Positions 38,505 to 51,509 of a DNA stretch of 51,649 bases are shown here, in pieces. The position numbers and the translations under genes were made by a program. The stretch comes from Macrostomum lignano (taxonomy: Eukaryota): NCBI GenBank assembly GCA_002269645.1, contig NIVC01002581.1, forward strand, positions 1 through 51,649, written 5' to 3'. A model generated the notes under the pieces. The model made no database searches and had not been told where the DNA came from. It worked only from the letters and a program-made list of their open reading frames with translations. How positions within the stretch are numbered: the stretch's first letter is position 1; every line of letters starts with the position of its first letter.

Positions 38505-38745
38505 ATGCTATTGTCGTTGTTTCTGCTCCACCTATTGTCGAGTTCAATGATTTCGGCTACTCCGGTACGTCCGTCATCTGCAGCGTCCAACCGAGTGACC
38601 GGCTGTCAGTTGCCTGGTTCAAAAGTTGGAAACTATTTTAGCAGCACGATGAATTCCTCAGACACTTGGTTTAGCTTGGAGATTGGCTATGTACGACTCA
38701 CGATGCTCTGCGTGTCGAATGAGTTTGGCGACGAAGTTCAGTCTG
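38505..38745 (+). CDS. LRR-Ig type I membrane protein, exon 1 (signal peptide)
   Basis: MLLSLFLLHLLSSSMISA; G|gtatgt donor in phase 1. Model: 38505-38745, 40943-41383, 42330-42880, 43331-43834 = 578 aa with all phases consistent. Confidence 0.75.
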
Positions 38746-38831
38746 GTATGTTGAACGAGCGTAGATCCTTTATAAACTCTGGATTGCACAGCAACCCAAA
38801 CTTCATGTATTCACTATCACAAATCATAAAT

Positions 38832-40846
38832 TTCACCAACCCTAAACTGCACCAACCCTAAACTGCACCAACCCTAAACTGCACCAACCCTAAACTGCAC
38901 CAACCCTAAACTGCACCAACCCTAAACTTCACCAACCCTAAACTGCACCAACCCTAAACTGCACCAACCCTAAACTGCACCAACCCTAAACTGCACCAAC
39001 CCTAAACTGCACCAACCCTATACTGCACCAACCCTAAACTGCACCAACCCTAAACTGCACCAACCCTAAACTGCACCAACCCTAAACTGCACCAACCCTA
39101 AACTGCACCAACCCTAAACTGCACCAACCCTATACTGCACCAACCCTAAACTGCACCAACCCTAAACTGCACCAACCCTAAACTGCACCAACCCTAAACT
39201 GCACCAACCCTAAACTTCACCAACCCTAAACTTCACCAACCCTAAACTGCACCAACCCTATACTGCACCAACCCTAAACTGCACCAACCCTAAACTGCAC
39301 CAACCCTAAACTGCACCAACCCTAAACTGCACCAACCCTAAACTGCACCAACCCTAAACTTCACCAACCCTAAACTTCAGCAACCCTAAACTGCACCAAC
39401 CCTAAACTGCACCAACCCTAAACTGCACCAACCCTAAACTGCACCAACCCTAAACTGCACCAACCCTAAACTTCACCAACCCTAAACTTCACCAACCCTA
39501 AACTGCACCAACCCTATACTGCACCAACCCTAAACTGCACCAACCCTAAACTGCACCAACCCTAAACTGCACCAACCCTAAACTTCACCAACCCTAAACT
39601 TCAGCAACCCTAAACTGCACCAACCCTAAACTGCACCAACCCTAAACTGCACCAACCCTAAACTGCACCAACCCTAAACTGCACCAACCCTAAACTTCAG
39701 CAACCCTAAACTTCACCAACCCTAAACTGCACCAACCCTATACTGCACCAACCCTAAACTGCACCAACCCTAAACTGCACCAACCCTAAACTGCACCAAC
39801 CCTAAACTGCACCAACCCTAAACTTCACCAACCCTATACTGCACCAACCCTATACTGCACCAACCCTAAACTGCACCAACCCTAAACTGCACCAACCCTA
39901 AACTGCACCAACCCTAAACTGCACCAACCCTAAACTTCACCAACCCTAAACTTCACCAACCCTAAACTGCACCAACCCTATACTGCACCAACCCTAAACT
40001 GCACCAACCCTAAACTGCACCAACCCTAAACTGCACCAACCCTAAACTGCACCAACCCTAAACTGCACCAACCCTAAACTTCACCAACCCTAAACTTCAG
40101 CAACCCTAAACTGCACCAACCCTAAACTGCACCAACCCTAAACTGCACCAACCCTAAACTGCACCAACCCTAAACTGCACCAACCCTAAACTGCACCAAC
40201 CCTAAACTTCACCAACCCTAAACTTCACCAACCCTAAACTGCACCAACCCTATACTGCACCAACCCTAAACTGCACCAACCCTAAACTGCACCAACCCTA
40301 AACTGCACCAACCCTAAACTTCACCAACCCTAAACTTCAGCAACCCTAAACTGCACCAACCCTAAACTGCACCAACCCTAAACTGCACCAACCCTATACT
40401 GCACCAACCCTAAACTGCACCAACCCTAAACTTCAGCAACCCTAAACTGCACCAACCCTAAACTGCACCAACCCTAAACTGCACCAACCCTAAACTGCAC
40501 CAACCCTAAACTGCACCAACCCTAAACTGCACCAACCCTAAACTTCACCAACCCTAAACTGCACCAACCCTAAACTGCACCAACCCTAAACTTCACCAAC
40601 CCTAAACTTCACCAACCCTAAACTGCACCAACCCTATACTGCACCAACCCTAAACTGCACCAACCCTAAACTGCACCAACCCTAAACTGCACCAACCCTA
40701 AACTTCACCAACCCTAAACTTCACCAACCCTAAACTGCACCAACCCTATACTGCACCAACCCTAAACTGCACCAACCCTAAACTGCACCAACCCTAAACT
40801 GCACCAACCCTAAACTTCACCAACCCTAAACTTCAGCAACCCTAAA
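38832..40846. repeat. 16-bp satellite (CACCAACCCTAAACTG), about 126 copies, containing the telomeric CCCTAA motif, intronic
   Basis: Direct reading; recurrent variants CTTC, TATAC and CTTCAG. Confidence 0.98.
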
Positions 40847-40942
40847 ATGTTTAAACCTCATAGACTTCACTACTAACCTATTAGCTTAACAAATCCTATA
40901 GATATCACCATTTCTAAAGCTTAGATTTTTATCCAATAACAG

Positions 40943-41383
40943 GCACCGGGATATCAGCTGTCCTGAGTTCGAGTGGAGCATCCGGTCAAGTTTGGCCAGT
41001 TCCACCCAAAGTATTCCTAGCCAATGTCAAATTCGCATTAGCAATGCTACGAGGTCTGCTACCCCAGTCGGCTAAACATCCTGCTGTTGGTTCCCGACTC
41101 ACTCAACTGTCTATGGCCGGCTTGGGGAACTTGCCAGCCAATGCCATTGCTCAGCTAGCAACAACTCTTACTAAGTTTGGCGACTTATCCACGCTGAATA
41201 TCAGTTCCGTTGGAGCGACCATTCTGCCATCCGAATTGCTGTCTTTGCCGCGACTCCACCGACTTAATGCCGGCGGAAATCCGTTGGACTGCGGGCTGAT
41301 TGAAAATCGATGGCTTCGGCTGTTGACTCAATTGGGTTCCAGACTGGTGGAACCGGCGCTTCTGATGCGGCACTGCATAGAGG
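40943..41383 (+). CDS. LRR-Ig protein exon 2 (LRRs and LRR C-cap)
   Basis: LSTLNISS...ILPSELLSLPRLHRLNAGGNPLDC; taacag acceptor, gtgagc donor. Confidence 0.85.
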
Positions 41384-41429
41384 GTGAGCCTGTGGGGCTT
41401 TTAGATTTTGAGTAAGGAAGACCAGATTA

Positions 41430-42172
41430 TCGACTGGGGTTGGGGTAGCAGAGTGGCTCAGTTATTGGCTGGGGTTGGATGTCAGAGTGGCTCAGTTATT
41501 GGCTGGGATTGGGGTAGCAGAGTGGCTCAATTATTGGCTGGGGTTGGGTAGCAGAGTGGCTCAGTTGTTGACTGGGGTTGGGGTAGCAGAGTGGCTCAGT
41601 TGTTGACTGGGGTTGGGGTAGCAGAGTGGCTCAGTTGTTGACTGGGGTTGGGGTAGCAGAGTGGCTCAGTTGTTGACTGGGGTTGGGGTAGCAGAGTGGC
41701 TCAGTTGTTGACTGGGGTTGGGGTAGCAGAGTGGCTCAGTTGTTGACTGGGGTTGGGGTAGCAGAGTGGCTCAGTTGTTGACTGGGGTTGGGGTAGCAGA
41801 GTGGCTCAGTTGTTGACTGGGGTTGGGGTAGCAGAGTGGCTCAATTATTGGCTGGGGTTGGGGTAGCAGAGTGGCTCAGTTATTGGCTGGGGTTGGGGTA
41901 GCAGAGTGGCTCAGTTATTGGCTGGGGTTGGGGTAGCAGAGTGGCTCAGTTATTGGCTGGGGTTGGGGTAGCAGAGTGGCTCAGTTGTTGACTGGGGTTG
42001 GGGTAGCAGAGTGGCTCAATTATTGACTGGGGTTGGGGTAGCAGAGTGGCTCAGTTGTTGACTGGGGTTGGGGTAGCAGAGTGGCTCAGTTGTTGGCTGG
42101 GGTTGGGGTAGCAGAGTGGCTCAGTTATTGGCTGGGGTTGGGGTAGCAGAGTGGCTCAATTATTGACTGGGA
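41430..42172. repeat. 35-bp G-rich minisatellite (ACTGGGGTTGGGGTAGCAGAGTGGCTCAGTTGTTG), about 21 copies, intronic
   Basis: Period of 35 measured (41641 to 41676). Confidence 0.96.
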
Positions 42173-42329
42173 TAGAATTTGGCAGTGAAATTGTCGGTTT
42201 GTCTGAGAACTGTTTCAAGCCCTATTTATATGTCTCTCATTATACAAATGAATACTTTCAATGCGTTTTCCTAACTTTATTACCGTCTGCTATTAATTAT
42301 TTACCTTGTTGAAATTCCGTTGTGCACAG

Positions 42330-42880
42330 AAGATGCAACGAATAGCAGTGCAGCAGAATTATATCGCATGGACAGTCAATTAGCAACTAACATCACCGAA
42401 TTAGAAGCTGTGGAAAACGACTCCGCAGCTTCACACTACGTTGATTTGCACGGCGAAATTTCGGTACCCTGCAGTCGACGCTATTTTCGTCCCACCGACG
42501 ATGGTATTTGGACGCCCGACGCTAGCGTCGTTTGGCGCCGGCTGGACCAACCGGGAGCCGAGCTGCTGCTGGCCTCGATGGGCAATCTAACCACCTATTT
42601 GGAAGCCAATTCTACAGCACATCTATCCTCTTCTGCCAGAGTTTGGCATCCGGAATGGCATAGGAAACAATTCGCAACGCAAGTTGACATCGGCTCGGCA
42701 GCTCTAGGAGCACCGTTGATGATTCGGGGAGCTCGACTGGCTGTGGCCGGCTTGTGGCGCTGCGAGCTGGCCAAGGCTGGCTTAGTGCTGGGCGTTCGGC
42801 ACCGGATTGTACTGAGGCCGCCGTTTGAAACTTTGGAAATTGCATGCTACATTGTAGCCGCCTCTAGCAGCATGGCTATG
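42330..42880 (+). CDS. LRR-Ig protein exon 3 (Ig-like domain and start of TM)
   Basis: VPC...VVW...LMIRGARLAVAGLWRC Ig pattern; gtgagt donor. Confidence 0.85.
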
Positions 42881-43330
42881 GTGAGTCAAAACTGTTGTTT
42901 CGTTTTGCCTTAATGATGTTGTCCTGGCCTGGGCTGCGGACCCTCCGCAGCAGGCCCAGTATGCGTTCTCCCACTGACTAAGCAGCACCGATTGCTCCCC
43001 TCACTGACTCACCCGAGTCACCCCCACTGCACGCCCCCCATTGCTTCATGCTACATATCTCCTGTACGTTTGTGTTCGTGCCACAGCACGCCTATACGGT
43101 TCGGGCCCCAGAGCCCAGAAATATAACGGTAAACACGACCCCCTCAGTCTCTCCACATTTGTACTGACTGCCTGCCTGCTCACGGGATCCGCTCCCAGGC
43201 AGAGCTTTGAACTAAACTCCAAGACTCACTTTCAAGTCATTACAGATGTCTTCGCAGGTTCTTACGGAGCTCTACTATTATAAAAGTCTTTCTGAACGAA
43301 AATTTAGTGAATATCCTACCAAATTTCCAG

Positions 43331-43834
43331 GTGCTCATCGGCCTAGCAGCCGGATTAATTCGTATCTTCATCCGCACCCGCTGCTGCACCCGCGTTGTAC
43401 ACATCGTGGAGGCTCAATCGGTGCACAATCTGAACGCCTCGCCGTTGCAAATTCGCCGCCGGCGTCAAGAAGCCGCCGATGCCGTTGTCGGCCCCGATTT
43501 GACAGCTGAAGACGGCGACATAGTCGAATCCGACACTAGTGCTGTGCAGCCCTGGCTGGGCGACCTCCATCCGAGCAGCAGCGGCGTCGGTGCCAACATC
43601 CGCGATCGAATGCGCGACATCAACGACCAGCTGCGATTACGCGTCACCAACATGCGAGCGGGCTGGACCAGCGGAGTTGAGCACGTCAAAGGCCAGATGC
43701 GCAGCATGGCGGAGTTCTGCGGAGTGAACAACCCACCGTTGGACCAGACGGTCAGCGTGGTCAGTGTCTACACTGATCCGGACGGCAGGCAGGAGCCGAT
43801 GGAGCAGCACTTGCATCTGCTGTCATCGGTGTAG
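43331..43834 (+). CDS. LRR-Ig protein exon 4 (end of TM and cytoplasmic tail)
   Basis: aatttccag acceptor in phase 0 completes the TM (…IVAASSSMAM|VLIGLAAGLIRIFI), followed by RTRCC; TAG stop. Confidence 0.8.
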   Translation: MLIGLAAGLIRIFIRTRCCTRVVHIVEAQSVHNLNASPLQIRRRRQEAADAVVGPDLTAEDGDIVESDTSAVQPWLGDLHPSSSGVGANIRDRMRDINDQLRLRVTNMRAGWTSGVEHVKGQMRSMAEFCGVNNPPLDQTVSVVSVYTDPDGRQEPMEQHLHLLSSV

Positions 43835-45188
43835 CGAAAATATTGTCGATTCGGTGGAATATTCTAGATCACTAGAATGCCATGTTATATGTAATCAATT
43901 TCTTTCCTAGAAAGTTTTGAAAAATACTTAGTGTAAATCAGGATAAAATTGGTATCTACAGATATTTTGGCGTTCAAACTCCCGTTGCTCTTAAGTATCC
44001 TTCCAGTATCCCTTGAGTACTACACCTGCATGAATCTCCTAGTTACACCTAAAAGAGTCGAATTTCCGTTTTAGTTACGATAGACTATAGAAGGTACATG
44101 CATGTATATCAGGCGATTAAATCTGGCATGCAAAAGCAAAAAAGAGGTTGCTACGAAAGGTTTATTAGAAAATTAATGATTTCAGAATTATTTTCCCCCG
44201 CACCATAAAATCTATACATTGTATTAAGACGCCCTGTAATAAATACAATGTACGTAGACTTGTAGTTAGGTTACTCATTAGAAAACAATAGCTTGGGGAT
44301 TTCTGTTTAGATGTTTTAACGCCATCTAGCTTCAGCCAATGAGAGAGCAGTAAGGAGAGAGTTAGGCGCACGAAACTCAGCCTACTAGGGGGGGCAGGCC
44401 AGATCTACCTCAGCCAATGAGAGAGCAGTAAAGGAGAGAAGGCAAAGTCACACACAAGCGGGCAAGCGGAAAGCCAAACTGGCCTGGATGTGGACTGAGG
44501 CGCCATCATTTTTCTCTCTTGTCCCTTTGCACTCACTAAATTAATTAATTTTTATTAGCAATCTTCATCTGGAATTCATTAATTTTTGTAATAATTTGGA
44601 TCTTGGACAGTTTGGATGAAGATGCTATTTTTTGGGTTTGCTTGTAGAAAGCCGAAGGCGATTGCTGCAGCTTTAAAAATGTTTAAATATTATAAACTTT
44701 AATCAATAATTATTTTACGACAAAACCGATAATTTTGATACTAAGAAAAAGAGTAGATGATCACTTCTTTGCAAGTGGCATATATACAGTTATCCTAGAA
44801 TGTGTGATTACCATGGTCAGGATCTTGTACCGGTGTACGCCGGAACGAAAATTGCTTCCGAAGCTCATGTACGCCAATGTACGCCAACGAACTTTTTATG
44901 GCACAAAAAATACGCCAAAATAAAATTACAAATTACGACCAATATTAACCGCTTGAAAATTTTTAATATTTAAAAAATTAATAAGTAAAAACTGGTAAAT
45001 TTTTTTCTAAACCGTATAATACTAGTTCATTTTAACTATATTTGTTTTACTTTTAACTTCTTAGGAGACTATGCCAAACGTAAACTTACGCCGGAATCTT
45101 CCAGCGTACATGTATACCACCCAGAGTCTGGTGTGATTACAGCGAAAAAGTTCGCTGTACTTTTAAACGCTGTTTTAAATGCAGTGTA

Positions 45189-46508
45189 CGAGAGGTGATC
45201 AAAAAGTTCTGCAAGTGACCTCACAACTCTGCGTTACAGCAGCCGATGCGTCTAATCAGTGTCACTTTCCCTCAAAGTACTTTCCACCACAGTACTTTGC
45301 ACCGTTGCATGCGTGTGAACCATGTCTGAAAGCAGTCATGATACTCAGAAGTTAGTATACCCTGTAGAGCTGAATGTACCACTTGGGCAAGGTCTTGTAT
45401 GCGTGAAATGGCCTCCCAGAAATGACGGATTTGATCCTCGGGAACAGCCAAAAGTCGCATGGTGCTAGGTCTGTAGAGTAGGGTGGATGAGGCAGCAGCT
45501 GGACCCCCTGCTGCTCCAGGTACGCCATGGTTGAAGCCGCCCTGTGCGGTGCCGCATTGTCATGGTGCAGCAGGAGTCGAGGTCCATGCCTGGTTCGCGC
45601 ACGTTCCTGCCGCTCCTGCAGCACGCCTGGCAGAGCAGTGTCTGTGTAGTACCTGGCAGTCACTGTGGCACCCGCTGGAAGGATGTTCACTGATACAACG
45701 CCCTGAGAGTTGAAAAAAATGGTGAATATCCGCTTCCGACTGCGGAATCCGGTCTTCAGCACCTCGGGCCTAGGCTCATCTTCTGCCAGCCAGACCATGT
45801 TGGACTGCTTATTCTTCATGGTAAATAAGTAGATCCAAAATTCGCCTCGTGTGATGACATCCGACAGTCGTCGTGGGCCATGAGGGTCAAAAATTTGCAC
45901 CCACAAGCGACAGATGCGCACCCTCTCTGCTTGCTGCTCCGGAGTGAGAAGATGGGGTACCCACCGAGTGCAGGTCTTTGTGTGGCCCAGTTGCTGATGC
46001 ATAATGTTATGAGCACTTCCATAGCTGACACCAAGCTCATAGGCAAGGAATCTTAGCGTAGTGCTCCGATCCTCACGAATTATTGCATCGGCACGGGCCA
46101 CGACATCTTGGGTCACGGATGTCCGGGGTCGGCCAGACCTCGGTTCATCGATCGTTGAAGCTGTCCCGGCCTTCCGAAAAATGGCGCAGCCAGCGGGCAA
46201 CCGTGTCAAATGATGGAGCAGAGTCAGCTAAAACATTCACCAGATCGGTATGAATCTCAGTCGCTCGGCAGCCAAGTTGCATGCGCATAAATATGTAGAA
46301 GCGAACACTGTCTTTTGATGTTTCCATCAGCTACTGAAATCACATGGAAAATATATGGCTGTGAAATTTGACTAGAGCACATTGGGAAGCCAAAATTCAT
46401 ATAAATATAACAAACAGATATAGCCGCATATGTGTAAGTTTTTAGCTTTTGCCGATTTTATAACTAAAAGCTATAACAAGAGGTTGCAGAACTTTTTGAT
46501 CACCCCTG
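45189..46508 (-). mobile_element. Mariner (DD34D) DNA transposon, 1320 bp
   Basis: TA TSDs (45187-88, 46509-10) and ~25-bp TIRs sharing GGTGATCAAAAAGTTCTGCAA. Confidence 0.95.
45272..46327 (-). pseudogene. Inactivated mariner transposase
   Basis: RSGRP, WVPHLL, HDNA-34 aa-D, YSTDLAPCDF. Two frameshifts (near 46150 and 45400), and the first catalytic Asp is lost (ITRGE instead of VTGDE). Confidence 0.93.
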
Positions 46509-47654
46509 TACCGTGCCTGCAGCTGTCACAGTGTAAATGCACTTTATAACAACCCGGAATGCTAATGTCAATTCTTCATATCGCACGCTATCTGTGATAA
46601 ATCGCTAATTTATTTACAAATTCATTCTGTCGCTCTTTACGGTCGAAAAAAATTAACATTTTTTATTCAATTGTTAATCTTAAATTGTTTTGCTGTCATT
46701 CGTAGAATAGGTTAAAAAAGCTATAAAAGCCTAGCCTAAAATAAAATTTATATTACATTAAAATAAGCTGCAACATTACAACCCTGTGAGCAAAAACTAA
46801 ATTTCCATACAGGATACGCGCAGTTGTGAGTGTAAAGTCATTTTTAATTGTTAAATGTTAATATTTTTTATTTAGAGTAAATTATAGCGTGTAATGCATT
46901 GTTAGTTGGACCCAATTCTTTCAAGTTTTTGTGTAATTCTTTCAAATAATCATTTGTGCTTATTCATTTCGGCATGGTACATGTAACTAAATTAACGCGT
47001 ATACACACATTTATAACTCTTGAAAATATAGAGAGACACGGGATATTTCCGGCTTTATTTATCGATTAGTCATCTAACGGCTACACCTCTCTTTACACAT
47101 TCTTTGCCCCTTATTTAAAGAGATATAGTTATCTGACATAATATCAAGGTGACTTTAGTCCGCTAAACCTGAAAACGACGAAAAATTATGAATAAAAGAG
47201 TGATCATATTTCGATTAAAATCCAAGGCAATTGTTTTTTATATATTTTCTAAAAGTTACTTTTAACATGCTTCGTTGGCTACTCTAAGTACACGTCAGTT
47301 CCATTACGGGCTTAGAGTGCTTGCATGCAAACTAAAACTTTTAAAATTAGGCTAACGCTACTAAATCACAAATATTTAGACAATAGTAAGACTTAGAAAT
47401 AGTATTTGTACGCCAATTTCGTCTAATTTAATAAATTGTCGTCAAAAAGTTCAGAATCTGATTTGCCGATATGTATCGAAAATAATTTATTTCGTTACAA
47501 GTGAATATGTTAGTTATCAGTTTACGATCTTACGTGTTGGCAACATACGAAAATATTTAGAGAGTAATATCTAGTAGTATAAGTGTTAAATTAGTACTAT
47601 TATTAAGCCCAGTAAAAGCGTTTTTTAAATCAGTGAAATACGAAGCAAAAGGAT

Positions 47655-47743
47655 TCCGGTGAGACGGATTTGAACCACCGACCTAAGGATCGCTGCATAT
47701 TGCACTCTACAGTCCTCCGCTCTACCAACTGAGCTATCACCGG
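47655..47743 (-). tRNA. tRNA-Tyr(GTA) with a 16-nt intron (47691-47706)
   Basis: Perfect acceptor stem CCGGTGA/TCACCGG, C1:G72 and A73 Tyr identity elements, A and B boxes, intron after G37, and a TTTT terminator just downstream. Confidence 0.96.
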
Positions 47744-49961
47744 GGCAGAAGGAGATGACTCAGAAAGTATACTTAATCAGTTAGCAAATTATTTTTTCAT
47801 TTTAGAATTCAGGTTTAGGCTTTATTACATGAGAGAGAACTGGCCCATCAAAGGGAGTAAAATAAGCTTTGTCTTTAGAACTACAGCTTTAATCACTTTA
47901 ATCATTTTAATCACTTTGCAAAAAAGCAAAGGGATCGTTTTTTAATTTAAACACTGCCTAAATTGGCTGGGTTTGGACTACACCTAGGGCCCTAAGGCCT
48001 AAAGCATCTTTAGCTAGTTTTTCGTCAACTCGTCGACGTCAAGGCGAACCGAGAAAGTCGTTATTTCCATTCTCTTTCGCCTTTTTGCTAATGAATTTCA
48101 AAGGCCTGGATCTGGATGCTTTGCATGAGCACCTTGTGTGTGGGCCAGGCCAAGAGACGAAAGCCGGGTCCGCGGGAGCCTTTTTTGGCAGTTTAAAGCC
48201 AGTTTGCGGATAAAAATGATGACGGGATGTCGCGAATCAAGCAGAAAGAAATCTATCTAGGTCTAATCTGTCAGGAAATCAGAACAAAAGCGATGAGAAC
48301 TGCAGCTGAAGGACGGATTTATGGACACCCCCAGGACTAATTATAGGAATTGTAGCAATTTAGTAATTTTGTTATAATCGTTTAACATCACGAACAATTA
48401 TGTTTTTTCGTCCTTACATGATTTGAAATTTAATTAATGCACTGCACAGTGGGGGTCCCAAGGAGCTTACTATTTGAACTAACTGCTGTTCGACACTACT
48501 CTGACGCCCCATCTTGAGTTAGGCTAAAGCTGCATTCGATTTGAGACTGGCGCCGGCACATGAGCTACGTACATGTATATAGGAACTTGAGAAAGATTTG
48601 CACAACATACAAATGGAATCAGTATCCCTTTTGTATAATTGGATTAAGTTTCTCTTACACGTGACACGTGTTTTACGAGAGTGGACGACTACGTGTGTAC
48701 ACGGAACAGCTAGAACAGATGGTAAAACTTTCCTGTATTTAATTAATTAGGCTTGTTACATTTATTTTACGAATATAGATATAGGAATATAGAAATTTAC
48801 GAATATCTATTTTACCTAATTGTGAAACGCTGCATCCACGACAGTGCCCTTGCCATGTCACTTCTATAACAGCTAAACTTTTATTAGAATTCAGCTTTGT
48901 TACATTAATATTTTCGGCGACTACTTAAATGTACTTAATATTTACAGAGTATTCTCGTAGTACTTTACAGCTGCTGTTTTTGGCAGCAAATTTTGTGATG
49001 CTTCCTTCATAGATAACAGGAAGTCCAATTAGCGCAACAACGTTTGTTGACCGGAGAAAGTTTTCTTTAACAAGTTCGACTGCACTTGGAGACATTCAAA
49101 CATTTGGAGACGGATAGCTAGCTCTCTGGTCAAATCGCTCTGGGACTGTAATTCGAAATGAGCACTAAAATGTATCGAATGCCTACAACGGAAGCCATTC
49201 ATTATTAAGCTTTACTTCTGTCTAAGATTTTTGGGCGTGGCAGTCTGGAAATCAATTACAGCATACAAAAATATTGATAAATTATCAAGGACTTAATTCA
49301 ACAAATTTTTATTGAGTAAAAGTTTAGAGAAAGGGATTACGCCGTTTAAATTTAAGCTCTGGACCCTTTTAATGGATTACTGAATTGGAAACTTTTCGCA
49401 ATATTGCGCTTCTTTAATTTTGCCCATCAGTGAACTCGTAAGGATTTAAGGGTTTTTATTAAACGAAAATCAGATTCTGCAGAGCTCTGAGGATTGAACA
49501 ATCAATTTTCCAAACGTTTCTAAAGCCGCCTAAAGTATGTGCTTAAGTCATTAACTAGCGTTTACATCCGGGAACTGCAAGCGTCAGTGTTCGAGCGGAT
49601 CTGATGTACCTGCTGAAAGTGTGCCTGCATGATAGAGCAGGTGTTTTACCATCATTCGATGGAAATGATTAAGCCGTACTTTGACAGATTTTTAATTAAA
49701 CTGCAATCAATTCTTTTATTTCTGATTCAAGATTCACAGAGAACAATAAAACAATTAAAATGAATCTTCAATATCCTGATTGGCATGAATACACGCATGA
49801 ATTCACTTTGTCAGTTTGAATTCAAATTTGACAATTGGACAACAGCGAATACTTATTAACCAAATTAACTTTATCAAACAGTGCTGTCACAGGCTTCTAT
49901 AAAAATTATTAATATTATGTTATTTGATAGAAATTCACAGGCTTTCTCGCCCAATCTATCA

Positions 49962-50324
49962 TGAGTGAGTGAGTGAGTGAGTGAGTGAGTGAGTGAGTGA
50001 GTGAATGAGTGAGTGAGTGAGTGAGTGAGTGAGTGAGTGAGTGAGTGAGTGAGTGAGTGAGTGAGTGAGAGGGTGAGTAAGTGAGTCAGTCAGTCAGTCA
50101 GTCAGTCAGTCAGTCAGTCAGTCAGTCAGTCAGTCAGTCAGTCAGTCAGTCAGTCAGTCAGTCAGTCAGTCAGTCAGTCAGTCAGTCAGTCAGTCAGTCA
50201 GTCAGTCAGTCAGTCAGTCAGTCAGTCAGTCAGTCAGTCAGTCAGTCAGTCAGTCAGTCAGTCAGTCAGTCAGTCAGTCAGTCAGTCAGTCAGTCAGTCA
50301 GTCAGTCAGTCAGTCAGTCAGTCA
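49962..50324. repeat. Compound microsatellite (GAGT)n then (CAGT)n
   Basis: (GAGT)n at 49962-50085 switches to (CAGT)n at 50084-50324. Confidence 0.98.
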
Positions 50325-51509
50325 ACAATCCGTTGCCGCTGCGGTGAAGTTGGTGACTGCGAGTGACTTGTCGAGATCAGCGAAGACAGCTGGCTGCCGA
50401 AGGCATCCGGGCGCAGGCGGCAGCTGAGCTCCAGGTTCTCGGTGGACAGGGCCGCGGCCTCGCCAGCTGCACCTCTGGCTCTGTTGATGTCGATGTCGTA
50501 GGGCCGGTAGCCACGGCAGCTGGGCGCGGATGCGCCGCAGATAATGCGACTTCTGGCGGCGCCGCGGTCGCCGTCCGGAGCAGTGAGCCAGCAGGGCTCT
50601 ACGAAACAGCCTGGTGGTGCTCACGTACACCAGGAAGTTCACCAGACTGTCGAGCTGGGTCAGCAAATTCACAGAGCGCACCAGAACGGAATTCTTCAGC
50701 CGGATGTAGGCGAACACGGCGGTCGGGAGCTCCAGGGCGGCGAACGCGAAGGCCAACAGGATGACAACGCGAGCCGCGTGCTTGTCGCGACGGGCTAGCG
50801 CGGAGGGACGCGTCAACTTGTGCGAGCAGCCTGCGCTGCCTTGGCCTTGGCCGCCTCCAGCAGCTCCCGAGCACTGCTGCGGACGCTTCCTCAGTCGATC
50901 AGCGATGAGCAAGCCGGAGACGAGCACCAATAGGAACGGTACCGAGGTCTGCAGAGTGTAGAACACGGTGGCGTACTTGGTGACCAGGTGCGACTCAGTG
51001 CAGGCCGAGTCCAACTCGCTAATGATGGCCAGCGGCAGGATGGGAGCGGCCAACAGGCCGAAGGTCAGCATTGATCGGCGACCTTTCAAGATGGCCTCGC
51101 CAGTTTTAGCGGATATCGGACGAATGACGGCGTTGAGACGCGAGATGGCGATCACTACGACAGTCCAGTTGCGCATGGTCAGAAACGCTCGCAGGCAGCA
51201 GCCGATGACCAGCCGGGACGCCCCGTGTTCGACTCCGCAAGTCAGGCGAATCATTCTTCTTGCACCTAATCCGGCCAGTTCGAAGCAGACGTTGAGTCCG
51301 ATGCTAAAGTTGAACAGGAGCTCGAATACGCTCAGGTAGCTAAGCAGATGACGAACTGTGGCACTCATCTCGCGACTGCCAACTGTCTGAAAGAGGAATA
51401 GAGCGTAGCCGCTCTGGACCAGGTTCAGTGCCCCCAGTCCAAGAAATGCACCGTTGAACAGCGAGCTGACAACGGCATCATGCGGAGAGGTTGAAGAGTT
51501 TGTTGCCAT
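50322..51509 (-). CDS. Intronless class A (rhodopsin-like) peptide-type GPCR, FMRFamide-receptor/flatworm Rho-L-like
   Basis: Seven hydrophobic segments, N-terminal NSS sequon, TM3 [20 protein letters not shown]5 [14 protein letters not shown]6 ELPT, TM7 [10 protein letters not shown]. Confidence 0.88.
   Translation of the reverse strand: MATNSSTSPHDAVVSSLFNGAFLGLGALNLVQSGYALFLFQTVGSREMSATVRHLLSYLSVFELLFNFSIGLNVCFELAGLGARRMIRLTCGVEHGASRLVIGCCLRAFLTMRNWTVVVIAISRLNAVIRPISAKTGEAILKGRRSMLTFGLLAAPILPLAIISELDSACTESHLVTKYATVFYTLQTSVPFLLVLVSGLLIADRLRKRPQQCSGAAGGGQGQGSAGCSHKLTRPSALARRDKHAARVVILLAFAFAALELPTAVFAYIRLKNSVLVRSVNLLTQLDSLVNFLVYVSTTRLFRRALLAHCSGRRPRRRQKSHYLRRIRAQLPWLPALRHRHQQSQRCSWRGRGPVHREPGAQLPPAPGCLRQPAVFADLDKSLAVTNFTAAATDC

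Noticed and set aside
37976-38590. 204-aa minus-strand ORF
   Set aside because: AT-rich with no motif or codon bias, and antisense to the LRR-Ig first exon.
48438-48460. GCACTGCACAGTGGG resembling a Tc1-type terminus
   Set aside because: No partner TIR or TSD found in the window.
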